64,000 bases of DNA, from the NCBI GenBank assembly GCA_037142955.1, contig JBAWZQ010000003.1, positions 8,980 through 72,979 on the forward strand, given 5' to 3'. Within the stretch, counting starts at the first letter, position 1. Each line of letters starts with the position of its first letter. A model generated the notes under the pieces. That model saw only the letters and a list, made by a program, of their open reading frames with translations, searched no databases and was not told the origin of the DNA. Source of the DNA: Opitutaceae bacterium (GTDB lineage Bacteria; Verrucomicrobiota; Verrucomicrobiia; Opitutales; Opitutaceae). Below are positions 18,984 to 28,807 of this stretch, piece after piece. Made by a program: the position numbers and the translations under genes.

Positions 18984-20330
18984 ATGAAAGTCACCGGCCT
19001 CGCCCTCGTCCCACCTCCGACCGCTGCCGATCTTCCCAAGGTCACACCCGAGTTGCTCGCCTCTGTCCTCGCTCGCTACTCACGTAGCAACGAGGGCCTC
19101 GACGCTATTATGGCCAAGGTCGACATCGCTAATCCTGAGGCCTCCATTGACCGCATCCTTAAATTCGTTGATTACGGCCACGCATCCATCGGTGGCCTCA
19201 CGGGCGGTCTCGCTATCGCCTTGGACGGGGTCTCGATGTGGCTAGCGTATAAAATTTTCGAAATCGCGCAAATGGCCGACGGCCAGGAATCATCCACGCG
19301 TTACATCACGATGGACGCCGCCAACGTCCCTACCGCCGAACAACTCGGTATCCCTACCGATCTCGCGTCGCGTTGGCGCGACATCGTCTCCCGTTCATTC
19401 GCGGCCTATCACGCCGAATATGCCCGTCTCGACGCCCTTGCTGTCGCCCAACCTGATCTGGTGCGTTTACCACCCGATGCTAAACCCATCGTCGTCACAC
19501 GTCTGCGCAAAAACTACGCTCTCGATCGCGCCCGTTATTTTATCCCGTTCGCCACGCGCACGAACCTCGGCCTCGTCCAAACTTCGCGCATGTGGGCTGT
19601 CACGGTGAAACACCTCGACTCACTTCCGCATCCTGAAGCGCGCGCCGCCGCCGCCCTCATCCGCGCTGAACTCATCAAACAATCCCCACGTCTTACGCGC
19701 CATAGTTTTGCCGAAAAATCCTACGAAGAGCAATCTCGCCAAGATCTCGCCGCCTCACTCTCGCTCGGACTTGCCCGCCTCTCGTCCGTCCCGCTCGCTG
19801 ATGAAGTTTGGGTACAGGTCGAACGCACTACCGCGCCGTTCCTCGCGGAGACGCAATCGGTCGCCGAGGCCCTTAATCATCGTGGCAACCGCTACGCCCA
19901 ACAAGGTACCGCCACTCGTCGCATGCGCGTGAGTTTCGCTTGGAACAACATGGCCATTGCCGAACTCCGCGATCTCAATCGTCACCGCACCGGCCATCGC
20001 TATACACCGATGATCCAAGCCGGTTTCTATTTACCGCACGAGATCACCCCCGCCGCACATGCGAAGCTCCTCGCCGATCAAATGGCGCTCACACGCGAGC
20101 TCATGCAACGCGGCTCGGCCACGTACGTTTACTCTTTGCTACTCGGCGCTCAGACGCCTTTCGAACACAGCACTCACGGTGATAAATTCATATACGAGGC
20201 CGAACTGCGCACGGGCATGGGTGCGCACTTCCGCTACGCTGATCATCTTTCCGCCGCTCTTCGCGCATTTTTCGCGCAAGTGCCTGAAGCTCGTGCTTGG
20301 GTGGTCGAAGGCACCGCGGAACCGGAATAG
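18984..20330 (+). CDS. Tandem-repeat ThyX-like (FAD-dependent thymidylate synthase fold) protein
   Basis: The first half has LARYSRS, DYGHASIGG and QESSTRY but no RHR. The second half has ELRDLNRHRTGHRY and AELRTG.GAHFRY. The ATG at 18984 is preferred over the TTG at 18945. Confidence 0.45.
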   Translation: MKVTGLALVPPPTAADLPKVTPELLASVLARYSRSNEGLDAIMAKVDIANPEASIDRILKFVDYGHASIGGLTGGLAIALDGVSMWLAYKIFEIAQMADGQESSTRYITMDAANVPTAEQLGIPTDLASRWRDIVSRSFAAYHAEYARLDALAVAQPDLVRLPPDAKPIVVTRLRKNYALDRARYFIPFATRTNLGLVQTSRMWAVTVKHLDSLPHPEARAAAALIRAELIKQSPRLTRHSFAEKSYEEQSRQDLAASLSLGLARLSSVPLADEVWVQVERTTAPFLAETQSVAEALNHRGNRYAQQGTATRRMRVSFAWNNMAIAELRDLNRHRTGHRYTPMIQAGFYLPHEITPAAHAKLLADQMALTRELMQRGSATYVYSLLLGAQTPFEHSTHGDKFIYEAELRTGMGAHFRYADHLSAALRAFFAQVPEARAWVVEGTAEPE

Positions 20331-20356
20331 CCCACAGGTTGTCACACTCATGTTCG

Positions 20357-20914
20357 ATGAAAAATAACTACGCAATTTGCTGGGTCCTAGCGCTGGCTTT
20401 TTTTTCATTAGTATACGCGGCCGATCCCGCCAAAGTTGAATACACCGAGCGCAACACGTCCTTCGCGCCTGCTGCAACCGTCACGCCGTCCAAAACCAGC
20501 CCTGAGACTAACGCCACCATTCAACAGCGCCGGGTCACACCTAACGTTGTGCCTCAATCCAGCACTACGGCCGACGAGCGGCGGGCTTCGACCGATATAA
20601 CCGAGACGCGCGAAAAAAAACTGCTTACGCCCGACTCGCACCGCCCGGAATATAAGACTCCCGAGCTTAACAACTACGATCACCGACCCTCAAAGTATCA
20701 GCCCGATACCGAGCACGAAAAACCTAAGTTAGTGGAACGTTACCGCACTAACGTATCGGCGGACACCCTGTCGCACCAGGGTCGCTTTACTGCCGCTGAC
20801 CCCACCACTAACGCACGTATCAATCGCTTCATTTTTCGTCGTAACGTAGCCACTCCGACCGGTGCTCCAGCCGTTACTTCTGCCGGATCTGCGCCTGCGT
20901 CCACGCCAAACTAG
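20357..20914 (+). CDS. Secreted hypothetical protein (signal peptide; Pro/Thr/Arg-rich)
   Basis: The internal Met gives MKNNYAICWVLALAFFSLVYAADP, a signal peptide. No recognisable domain. Confidence 0.5.
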   Translation: MKNNYAICWVLALAFFSLVYAADPAKVEYTERNTSFAPAATVTPSKTSPETNATIQQRRVTPNVVPQSSTTADERRASTDITETREKKLLTPDSHRPEYKTPELNNYDHRPSKYQPDTEHEKPKLVERYRTNVSADTLSHQGRFTAADPTTNARINRFIFRRNVATPTGAPAVTSAGSAPASTPN

Positions 20915-20998
20915 TTCACTACAAATCCCAATAGCCCCCTGCGCGTCTATGTGGCTGGGTTAGCTTTGGCCCGGGTCTCGATTTCCTTGCGCTCCAAG

Positions 20999-21280
20999 TC
21001 ATCTCGAGCGACGCACGCGTTCTTTTTCCACCTCACGTTCCTCTTCTAGCCGTGCTCGCTCGCTGACGATTTGTTTTTTTATTTTTTCTACGTCTTCTGC
21101 GTTTTGCGCGGCGTAGGCCTGATTCAACTGCTGCTTCAGAAAGATTTCCCGCTCCGCAATTTTACCCTTAAACAACATGTCTACATCCGCGAGCCGGGCT
21201 TTTTTTTCAGCTGTGAGAGGTTTCTCCGCCGGCGAAGATTTATCGAGTCGTTCCATTGCAAGTTCGTAGGCACTTTTCAT
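20999..21280 (-). CDS. Small coiled-coil hypothetical protein
   Basis: 93-aa charged, heptad-rich ORF (KKARLADVDMLFKGKIAEREIF..EEEREVEKERV) on the strand opposite its neighbours. Confidence 0.5.
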   Translation of the reverse strand: MKSAYELAMERLDKSSPAEKPLTAEKKARLADVDMLFKGKIAEREIFLKQQLNQAYAAQNAEDVEKIKKQIVSERARLEEEREVEKERVRRSR

Positions 21281-21445
21281 GAATTCGACTATGATGGGGT
21301 AAAAAGATAGAATAAACGGAAAAATGCATCTGCGCCTTACCTCATATTTGTTTTAAAATCAGTGATTAGCGCATAGTTCCGACAATCACGGCCAAACTGA
21401 AATACCTTTTCATCGGCCCGGTTTCACGGAGATTTGTAACCCGAC

Positions 21446-22795
21446 ATGCCCGCCGCTGACCAACCTGATTTTTTTGCAGAAGAGCCTGCGCGTGATGCGC
21501 CCGTTCAGGCCGAAATACGTGCCGGCGCACACCAACCCCTCGCCGCGCGCATGCGTCCTCGCCGACTCGCCGAAGTAGTCGGCCAGGAACATATCCTCAA
21601 GCCCGATAGCCTGCTGCCGCGGCTCGTTGCGCAGAATCGCTTCGGTTCGCTCCTCTTTTACGGTCCACCGGGTTGCGGCAAGACGAGTATAGCCGAAGCC
21701 ATCGCGCACGAGACGGGCAGTCGCTTCGTGCGCATCAACGCAGTGATGTCCAATGTCGCGGAGTTACGTGAAATTCTTGCTGCCGCACGTCGTCGTCCCG
21801 AGGCGGCCACGATGCTATTTATCGATGAGCTCCATCGGTTCAATAAATCACAGCAAGACTTGCTCTTGCCCGATGTCGAGGAAGGTACCGTTCGGCTCAT
21901 CGGCGCGACGACGCATAACCCGGGATTTTACGTCAACCCACCGCTACTTTCGCGCAGCCATCTTTTTCGTCTCGAGCCTCTTGCTCCGGCTGCCATCGCT
22001 GGCGTTCTCACGGCTGCTCTCGTTGATGTAGAACGTGGACTCGGCGCTCGTGGCGTGAGCGCAGAGTCAAAGCTCCTTGTTGATCTTGCGGTGCTCTGCG
22101 ACGGCGACTTACGCCGTGCGCTCAATGCTCTCGAAGTGCTCGTGCTTAGCTTGCCCGAACGCGCGCAGCTAACGGCTGGTGATCTTGAAGTTTTTGCCCG
22201 CGAGCGTCGGATCCGGTATGACGCCGACGAAGACGAACACTACGACACCATTTCCGCGTATATTAAAAGTTGCCGCGGTAGTGATCCCGACGCCGCGATG
22301 TATTGGTTGGCGAAGATGCTCGCCGGAGGCGAAGACCCGCGTTTCATCGCACGTCGCCTCGTGATATTAGCCAGTGAAGATGTGGGCCTCGCTGATCCCC
22401 AAGCGCTTCCGCTCACCGTCGCGGCGCATCATGCGTGTGATTTTATTGGCCTGCCCGAGGCCGAACTTACGCTCGCGCACGCCACGCTGTATATCGCGAC
22501 CGCGCCAAAAAGTAATTCCGCAACGCTCGCACTGGCTGCTGCGCACGCCGCGTTGAAATCTGCTCCAGTTCAGCCCGTTCCGCTCCCACTCCGCGACAAG
22601 AGCGGTGCCGCCAGCAAGCAAAACGCGCACGGTAAAGGCTATCTGTACTCACACGATTTTCCGGAAAATATTTCGGGTCAAAATTACCTCGAAAAACCGC
22701 TGGCACTCTACTCGCCGAAAACCGTTGGCTGGGAAGCAAAAATCGCCGACCGCCTCGCGCGGTGGCAGGAATTGAGAATCCAACGTGCGCTATGA
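21446..22795 (+). CDS. rarA: Replication-associated recombination protein A (AAA+ ATPase)
   Basis: Walker A GPPGCGKTS, Walker B LFIDELHRFNK, GATTHNP, and the MgsA C-terminal domain (YDTISAYIKS.RGSDPDAA.YWLA). Confidence 0.9.
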   Translation: MPAADQPDFFAEEPARDAPVQAEIRAGAHQPLAARMRPRRLAEVVGQEHILKPDSLLPRLVAQNRFGSLLFYGPPGCGKTSIAEAIAHETGSRFVRINAVMSNVAELREILAAARRRPEAATMLFIDELHRFNKSQQDLLLPDVEEGTVRLIGATTHNPGFYVNPPLLSRSHLFRLEPLAPAAIAGVLTAALVDVERGLGARGVSAESKLLVDLAVLCDGDLRRALNALEVLVLSLPERAQLTAGDLEVFARERRIRYDADEDEHYDTISAYIKSCRGSDPDAAMYWLAKMLAGGEDPRFIARRLVILASEDVGLADPQALPLTVAAHHACDFIGLPEAELTLAHATLYIATAPKSNSATLALAAAHAALKSAPVQPVPLPLRDKSGAASKQNAHGKGYLYSHDFPENISGQNYLEKPLALYSPKTVGWEAKIADRLARWQELRIQRAL

Positions 22796-23292
22796 TGTAC
22801 CGTGTATTATTTATTTTTACTGGGTTCTTGGTGACGGGCGTGCTCTGCGGTTGCGGCCCGGCCCAACCTGAGGTCAAACGCGTCATACGTGACGACGCTA
22901 CGATCATGCGTGAGTGGCTCTACGGTCCGCGTTCCACTGAGTCGGGCATCGTTTGGCAATCAAGCGGCTTAGGGATTCGTCTTCTCGCAGCCGGCGCCGG
23001 TGTTGCGCCGACGCGCGCGGATCGCGTGCGGGTGCATTACCTTTGCACTTTAAAGGATGGAAAAGTGATCGACGATTCGCGCACGCGGGGCGTGCCGGCG
23101 GATTTGGTGGTGAAGACGCTCATCGCCGGTTGGGCTGAGGGCATGGAGGTGCTCAAACCGGGCGGTAAAGCAGAGTTTTTTATCCCGCCCTCCCTTGGCT
23201 ATGGCACGATGGGCGGCGGCGGGGTGCCCGCGGGAGCAGGCCTGATTTTTGAAGTTGAGCTGCTCGCAGTGAATCCCTCGACCGCCAAATAA
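22792..23292 (+). CDS. FKBP-type peptidyl-prolyl cis-trans isomerase, lipoprotein
   Basis: Lipobox LCGC, plus VRVHYLCTLKDGKVIDDS, LIAGWAEGM and PPSLGYG..GGGVPAGAGLIFEVELL. The ATGA start overlaps the rarA stop. Confidence 0.85.
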   Translation: MMYRVLFIFTGFLVTGVLCGCGPAQPEVKRVIRDDATIMREWLYGPRSTESGIVWQSSGLGIRLLAAGAGVAPTRADRVRVHYLCTLKDGKVIDDSRTRGVPADLVVKTLIAGWAEGMEVLKPGGKAEFFIPPSLGYGTMGGGGVPAGAGLIFEVELLAVNPSTAK

Positions 23293-23301
23293 TTTTACCC
23301 C

Positions 23302-24687
23302 ATGAAATCTGAAATCACGAAGCGTACGGATTGGAAACTTGACCCGGTATTGATGATGTTTTTTGCGTTGGCTATCGCGGTCGTGATGACCTGGGTGGTG
23401 CCATCGGGCAAATTTTCTCGTGACCCCAGTGGTTTGGTGAAGCCGGGTACCTACGTCACGGTCACCAAAGAAATTTCTCCGACTGCGCTTCTACCGCGCG
23501 CGGCGGAAGGGGCAAAATTGCAGCCCGCCAGTCCGGCGTCGATCGTGACCTCAATTCCAGCCGGTATGGTTAAGGCGGCGAGTCTTATCTTCATGATTAC
23601 AGCTCTCGGTGGCATGTTTGGTGTGCTGCGTGCGACAGGCACCCTCGAGATCGCTATCGACCGACTCCTCGTTTTCACGGGTGGTAAAACAACTCTGCTA
23701 ACGACGGTGCTCATGATTGCAATTTCCGCTGGGAGCACGTTTCTCGGGCTAATTTCAGAATATCTGCTTATCATTCCGCTTTTTTTGGCCCTTTCTAAAC
23801 GGCTCGGGTTGCAGCCCATGTTTGGCTTCGCACTTGTTACAGTATCAGCAAAAATTGGTTACATCGCTTCGGTCGCTAATCCAGTGATTCTCATGGTGGC
23901 CCAGCCTATCGCGGGTTTGCCCATTTTCAGCGGTTTCATCTTTCGGCTGGTGGTGTGGGTGGTACTTCTGGCGGTCGGTATTTTTTACGTCATGCGGCTG
24001 GCGCGTGAACCCATGGCGATGATGGCCCCGATTCAGACGACGTCTTTGTCCGGACGGCACACGGCGATTATTGCTCTACTTGGTGGCGCCGTTTTTACCC
24101 TCGTTTACTGTGCGGCGGAGCGTGATTGGCGCGACCCTGAATTTGCCGCATTTTATCTTTTTATGGCACTGTTGATCTCGGCCGTGGGCGGGCTCGCTCC
24201 ACGTCGTGCGGTGCATTACTTAATTGATGGGATGCGCTCGATGGTACTTGCAGGTTTTCTCGTGGGCATGGCAAAGGGAGTCGAAGTCATCCTGCAAAAC
24301 GGGCAAATTCTAGATACGATCGTCAACGTGCTCGCGAGTTGGGCGGCGCATCTGCCGCGGGCTTTGATCGCCATGTCGCTGGTCTTCATCGAAATGTTTT
24401 TGGGACTGCTTATTCCCTCGGGTTCCGCGAAGGCTGCGATTAGCATGCCCATTCTGGTGCCTGTAGCCCATGTTGCAGGTCTTTCGGGGCAAACAACGGT
24501 GTTGGCCTATTTGATGGGTAACGGTCTGATCAATATGTTCGCACCCACTTCCGGTATGTTACTAGCTTATTTGGCTACCGCAGATATCCCTTACGGAAAG
24601 TGGCTACGTTATTCGTTACCGTTGTTCCTTGGACTAACTGCGCTAGCGTTGCTGGCGGTTTATATCGCGGTGGCCATCGGCTACTGA
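23302..24687 (+). CDS. YfcC/DcuC-family membrane carrier
   Basis: 461-aa polytopic protein. The N-terminal pattern (K..LDPVLMMFFALAIAVVMTWVVPSGKF) is typical of the YfcC family. Confidence 0.55.
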   Translation: MKSEITKRTDWKLDPVLMMFFALAIAVVMTWVVPSGKFSRDPSGLVKPGTYVTVTKEISPTALLPRAAEGAKLQPASPASIVTSIPAGMVKAASLIFMITALGGMFGVLRATGTLEIAIDRLLVFTGGKTTLLTTVLMIAISAGSTFLGLISEYLLIIPLFLALSKRLGLQPMFGFALVTVSAKIGYIASVANPVILMVAQPIAGLPIFSGFIFRLVVWVVLLAVGIFYVMRLAREPMAMMAPIQTTSLSGRHTAIIALLGGAVFTLVYCAAERDWRDPEFAAFYLFMALLISAVGGLAPRRAVHYLIDGMRSMVLAGFLVGMAKGVEVILQNGQILDTIVNVLASWAAHLPRALIAMSLVFIEMFLGLLIPSGSAKAAISMPILVPVAHVAGLSGQTTVLAYLMGNGLINMFAPTSGMLLAYLATADIPYGKWLRYSLPLFLGLTALALLAVYIAVAIGY

Positions 24688-24700
24688 ATCCCTACTCACA

Positions 24701-26185
24701 TTAAGGCGTGATCGTCAGCTCGCCGATGTCCGCTTGCGGCAGGTTGGCGCGCAGGCGTGTGAGACCGGTGGGGCTGACCTTACTTCCGAATAGATAGAGT
24801 TGCCGAACCGCAGACAGGCCAACTAACCCGCTAACCGCTTCGTCAGTGACGGCGGTTGAGCAGAGGTTCAGATAGGTAAGATTTTTAACGGCGCGGAGTT
24901 CACCGAGTGTGGCGCCGGTGAGGGCGGTGCGCTCGAGGTTTAGGCGTTCTAGGGCAATAAAGGTTTTCAATGTACCAAGACTAGTGTCGGTCAGACGTGT
25001 GCCGCCTAATTCGGCTTCGACGATGAACGCGGAGATAGGTGCAAGTGCGGCAAGTTCGGCATCACCAAAGGATTTTTCGGCGCCGCGAGTCTGTAGCGAG
25101 AGACCGTCGCCGGGGCGGGCGGAAATGGCGGTGATTTTGACGTGGAGCATCTTCTCTAAGTTGGCGATCTGCCCGCGCAGGGTGCTGTAATCGCCGACGC
25201 GCGGTTTATAGGCGGGTATCTCGGGCGTCGCGACGGATAGGCTGGGGCCGGCGAGGAGCGCTGAGATTTCGAGCGGAGCTTCTTTGACGGAGGCGATAAG
25301 CGTCTCGCGCGATGCACCTTGCTTGATCCACCAACGAATAAGGGTGATTTCTGCCGTGCTCGGGCGGGCTTTTTTCTTGGGCGGCATGACTTTCTCGTCG
25401 TTGATATCAAGGAGCATGCGTTGCAGTAATTCGCTCTTGGCGGTGTCGCCGGGTGTTACGGCGGGTTTGCCGGATTTTCCGCCAGCGAGTAGCGCCGCGA
25501 AGGTGTCCATACGGTAATCGCCCTTTTCTTTATCCGCAGCGTGGCATGAGAAACAGTGTTTCTCGAGGATGGGGCGGACGGCGCCGCCGAAAACGGTATC
25601 TACAGCGTAGATTTCGGGTGCAGGTTTTTCGCGGATGTGCAGAATTCTTTTAATCGTGGGCGGGAGAGGCTCAGTGAGATAATCTTCACCGTGGGTGAGT
25701 GAGCCGCCTTGGTGGGCGGCCCAGGCGAGGGCGCTCAGACTTGCCGCGAGCGAAATTACGTAGAGGATACGAGATCGATCACGTGTGAGCCAAGCGAGTG
25801 CGGTGGCGATGGCGACAGTGATGCCCCCCCATAGGTGATTTTCCAACGTGGCACCTTCATGCCCATCGGCGCGCATGAGAGCTAAACCAGCGAAGACGGA
25901 GAGTACGGCGCCTAGAAAACTAAGCGTGAGAACCGTACCGGCGGCTTCTCGCAGCGCGGCGCGGTGGCGACCGAGAATTTCCAAAAGCGGTACTAGCAGC
26001 AAAAGCGCGATTGGAAAATGAACGAGTAGAGGATGTAGCCTACCTAGTAAGCGAAGCCCGCCACCGTGGGCTATGCCATCGGGTGCAAACGCCAGGGCGG
26101 CGAGGACCGTTGCGCCACTAAGTGCTGTGGCGACGCTTAGGCGGGGTAGAACTTTAGGCTTATTGGCAGACATCAACTCGGGCAA
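24701..26185 (-). CDS. Membrane-anchored PSCyt1 (Planctomycete cytochrome c) domain protein with C-terminal leucine-rich repeats
   Basis: The N-terminal TM region has HFPIALLLL (DUF2231-like). It has a heme motif CFSCH followed by a GKSGKPAVTPGD..SELLQRM..MPP segment. LRR-type repeats (LERLNLERTALTGATLGEL..LTYLNLCSTAVTD) sit at the C-terminus. Confidence 0.65.
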   Translation of the reverse strand: MPELMSANKPKVLPRLSVATALSGATVLAALAFAPDGIAHGGGLRLLGRLHPLLVHFPIALLLLVPLLEILGRHRAALREAAGTVLTLSFLGAVLSVFAGLALMRADGHEGATLENHLWGGITVAIATALAWLTRDRSRILYVISLAASLSALAWAAHQGGSLTHGEDYLTEPLPPTIKRILHIREKPAPEIYAVDTVFGGAVRPILEKHCFSCHAADKEKGDYRMDTFAALLAGGKSGKPAVTPGDTAKSELLQRMLLDINDEKVMPPKKKARPSTAEITLIRWWIKQGASRETLIASVKEAPLEISALLAGPSLSVATPEIPAYKPRVGDYSTLRGQIANLEKMLHVKITAISARPGDGLSLQTRGAEKSFGDAELAALAPISAFIVEAELGGTRLTDTSLGTLKTFIALERLNLERTALTGATLGELRAVKNLTYLNLCSTAVTDEAVSGLVGLSAVRQLYLFGSKVSPTGLTRLRANLPQADIGELTITP

Positions 26186-26261
26186 TACGGACAGAGGAAA
26201 AGAAACAGCGTGGGGCGCCCCGCCAGCATTTAAAAAATGTAGGCGGGGTGCCGCAAGAAAC

Positions 26262-27314
26262 TCAGCTCAGTTTGCGCAGGAGCGTGAGACGACCGATCGG
26301 AAGCCATTCGGCGACGAGGATATCGCCGTTGTTGAGGAAGATCGCACCGTGCGGCGTGATGAATTCGCCAGGGGTGAACTCGGCGCGCGTTTGCGAGCGA
26401 CGGGAGCCAGTCTTACCATTGTGCGCGATGCCGTCGCCTAGTTGGGCGATGACGTTGTATTCTTTGTCGAGAAGGCAGACTTGGCTGTCGAGGTCAGGGC
26501 AGAGCATGAGATCACCGCGCACGTCGAAATGACAGGGTTGGCGGAGCTTGGTGTCGTCCTTAATCGTGCGGATGTGTTTGCCGTCGAGGGTGTAGGTTTG
26601 GATCCGGCGGTTGCCGCGGTCGGCGATGACGAGTACGGGATCCTTGCCGCGTGGGTCGACGTATTGACCGTGGGGGTTGTTAATTTCGTTGTCCCCTTTT
26701 CCTGGAGAGGAAATCTCTCCGATAAATTTGCCGTCGATGGAGTAACGTAGCATGCGGTAGGAGCCGTAGCCGTCGCCGATGTAGAAATCTCCGTTGGGAG
26801 CGAAGGCGATATTGGTAGGGATGAATTTGATGGGTGCAGCGCCGTAGGCAGCGTCTTCTCGTGGGTAGCCTTTAGACCATACGACCTCCCCGGTTAGGGT
26901 TGTCTTGATGACTTTGGAGCGGGTGGTGTCGCAGTGGTAGAGGAACTCTTGGTTGCCCTCTTTGCGAACGCCTAGGCCATGAGCGCCGCCGCGCATGTCT
27001 TCGCCGAAGGCGCGCACGAATTTGCCTTTTGCGTCGTAAACGACGATGGCCTCGGGGCGCATGGAAGTGCTGTTGACGGTATGAGCGACGTAGATGAGGC
27101 CTTGGCTGTCTTGGGCTAGGCCTTGGGTGTCGCCCCAGACGAGCCCTTCGGGGGCGGTGAGCCAATCATGAATCATCTCATAGCGGTGGTCGCCGGAGCC
27201 GGTAATGAGTTGACCGGAGCCGGCTTTGTTCGCGGCGCGGATGAATGGCGCCGAGAATGCGCTGACAGCCGCTGTGGCGGCGACTTGAGTGAGGAAGGAA
27301 CGACGAGTTTGCAT
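26262..27314 (-). CDS. Tat-exported NHL-repeat beta-propeller (peptidylglycine alpha-amidating lyase-like)
   Basis: Tat signal MQTRRSFLTQVAATAAV. Repeated blades (YVAHT, LYHCDT, FYIGDGYGS, LVIADRGNRRIQ, ILVAEW). The longer ORF to 27578 is rejected. Confidence 0.6.
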   Translation of the reverse strand: MQTRRSFLTQVAATAAVSAFSAPFIRAANKAGSGQLITGSGDHRYEMIHDWLTAPEGLVWGDTQGLAQDSQGLIYVAHTVNSTSMRPEAIVVYDAKGKFVRAFGEDMRGGAHGLGVRKEGNQEFLYHCDTTRSKVIKTTLTGEVVWSKGYPREDAAYGAAPIKFIPTNIAFAPNGDFYIGDGYGSYRMLRYSIDGKFIGEISSPGKGDNEINNPHGQYVDPRGKDPVLVIADRGNRRIQTYTLDGKHIRTIKDDTKLRQPCHFDVRGDLMLCPDLDSQVCLLDKEYNVIAQLGDGIAHNGKTGSRRSQTRAEFTPGEFITPHGAIFLNNGDILVAEWLPIGRLTLLRKLS

Positions 27315-27358
27315 AGGGTGGAGGGGTTTTAAGTTGGGATTGAAGTGAGAAAAAAGGT

Positions 27359-28807
27359 TCAGGCGAGTAAACCTCGAAGCACTTCGCCGTGGACATCGGT
27401 CAGGCGAAATTGGCGTCCCTGGTAGCGGTAGGTAAGGCGTTGGTGGTCGATGCCGAGCAGATGTAGAATCGTCGCTTGCCAGTCGTGGACATGTACGGGG
27501 TCCTTGACGACATTGTAACTGAAGTCGTCGGTCTCGCCGTAGGCGATGCCGGGTTTCACGCCGGCCCCAACCATCCACGTGCTGTACGCAGAGCCGAGGT
27601 GGTCGCGGCCGTGGCCGTCGCGTTTGGTGATGTCGCCTTGTACAAAAACCGTGCGGCCGAATTCACCAGCAAAAATTACGAGGGTATCTTCCAAGAGTCC
27701 GCGTTGTTTAAGGTCGTTGATGAGAGCGGCGGTGGGTTGATCGGTGTCGCGACACTGAATCTCGAGCTGGGTGGAGAGATTGCGGTGTTGGTCCCATCCG
27801 CCGTGCATGAGTTGAATGAAGCGCACTCCGCGTTCGGCGAGGCGGCGAGCGAGCAGACAATTACGGGCGTAACTGCCAGGTCGGTTCACATCGGGGCCGT
27901 AGCTGGCGAGTGTCGCGGGAGATTCTTTGTCGAGTTCTAGCAGGCCGGGGACGCTGGCCTGCATCTTGAAGGCCATCTCGTATTGGGCGATGCGGGTGTC
28001 GGTCTCGGGGTCACCGTGGAGATCGAGTTGGTGGTGATTGAGGCTGGCGATGTCGTCGAGCAGAGCGCGCTTCTGGGCGCGGTCGAGACCGGGTGCATCA
28101 TTGAGGTAGAGGACAGGCTCGCCCTCGCTGCGGAGGCGCACGCCTTGGAATTTGGAGGGGATGAAACCGCTGCCCCAGTAGTGTTCGTAGAAAAGTTGAC
28201 CGCAGGTTTTTTCGCGGTCTGAAGAAGTCATCACGACGAACGACGGCAAGTCGGCTGCGAGTGAGCCAAGACCATAGGTGAGCCAAGATCCCATACTAGG
28301 CCGGCCGGGAATTTGGGAGCCCGTGAGGCAAAACGTGACGCCGGGCGAGTGGTTGACTGCCTCGGTGCGCATGGAGCGAATGAGACACAGATCATCGGAT
28401 AATCCGCCTATATGAGGAAGTAACTCGCTGAGCCAACGACCGGATCGGCCGTATTGTTTGAACGGTTTTAGGGCCGGCAGAATGGGGAATTTTTTCTGCG
28501 AGGCAGTCATCGTTGATAGACGATTGCCGCTACGCACGGATTCGGGGAGTTCTTGAAGGCGGAGTTTTTCGAGCCCCGGTTTGTAGTCGAACAGATCAAC
28601 CTGGGAGGGCCCACCGCCCTGCCAAAGCAGAATCACGCGTTTGGCCTTGGGGGCGAAATGGGGAAGGCCGTTGCCGGAGGCGGTTAGAGCAGCGAGGGCG
28701 TCGGTGTGGAGCAACGAGGTGAGCGCGGCTGCGCCGATGCCGGTGGCGCTGCGGCCGAAAAATTGGCGACGAGTGAGCTGGAGGTGCGCTTCGCTGAGGG
28801 GGTTCAT
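27359..28807 (-). CDS. DUF1501-domain protein (sulfatase-like fold, Tat signal)
   Basis: Twin-arginine LTRRQFFGRS, plus GGGPSQVDLFDYKP, HGGWDQH and DGHGRDH. It overlaps the upstream partner gene by 4 nt. Confidence 0.8.
   Translation of the reverse strand: MNPLSEAHLQLTRRQFFGRSATGIGAAALTSLLHTDALAALTASGNGLPHFAPKAKRVILLWQGGGPSQVDLFDYKPGLEKLRLQELPESVRSGNRLSTMTASQKKFPILPALKPFKQYGRSGRWLSELLPHIGGLSDDLCLIRSMRTEAVNHSPGVTFCLTGSQIPGRPSMGSWLTYGLGSLAADLPSFVVMTSSDREKTCGQLFYEHYWGSGFIPSKFQGVRLRSEGEPVLYLNDAPGLDRAQKRALLDDIASLNHHQLDLHGDPETDTRIAQYEMAFKMQASVPGLLELDKESPATLASYGPDVNRPGSYARNCLLARRLAERGVRFIQLMHGGWDQHRNLSTQLEIQCRDTDQPTAALINDLKQRGLLEDTLVIFAGEFGRTVFVQGDITKRDGHGRDHLGSAYSTWMVGAGVKPGIAYGETDDFSYNVVKDPVHVHDWQATILHLLGIDHQRLTYRYQGRQFRLTDVHGEVLRGLLA

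Noticed and set aside
27315-27578. N-terminal extensions of several track ORFs. The coordinates given are the first example; the others are 36276-36548, 49560-49679, 54138-54188, 60447-60503, 6967-7044 and 18945-18983.
   Set aside because: The extensions are Arg/Pro-rich or overlap the upstream gene. In each case an internal Met is directly followed by a signal peptide, a Tat motif or the conserved family N-terminus.
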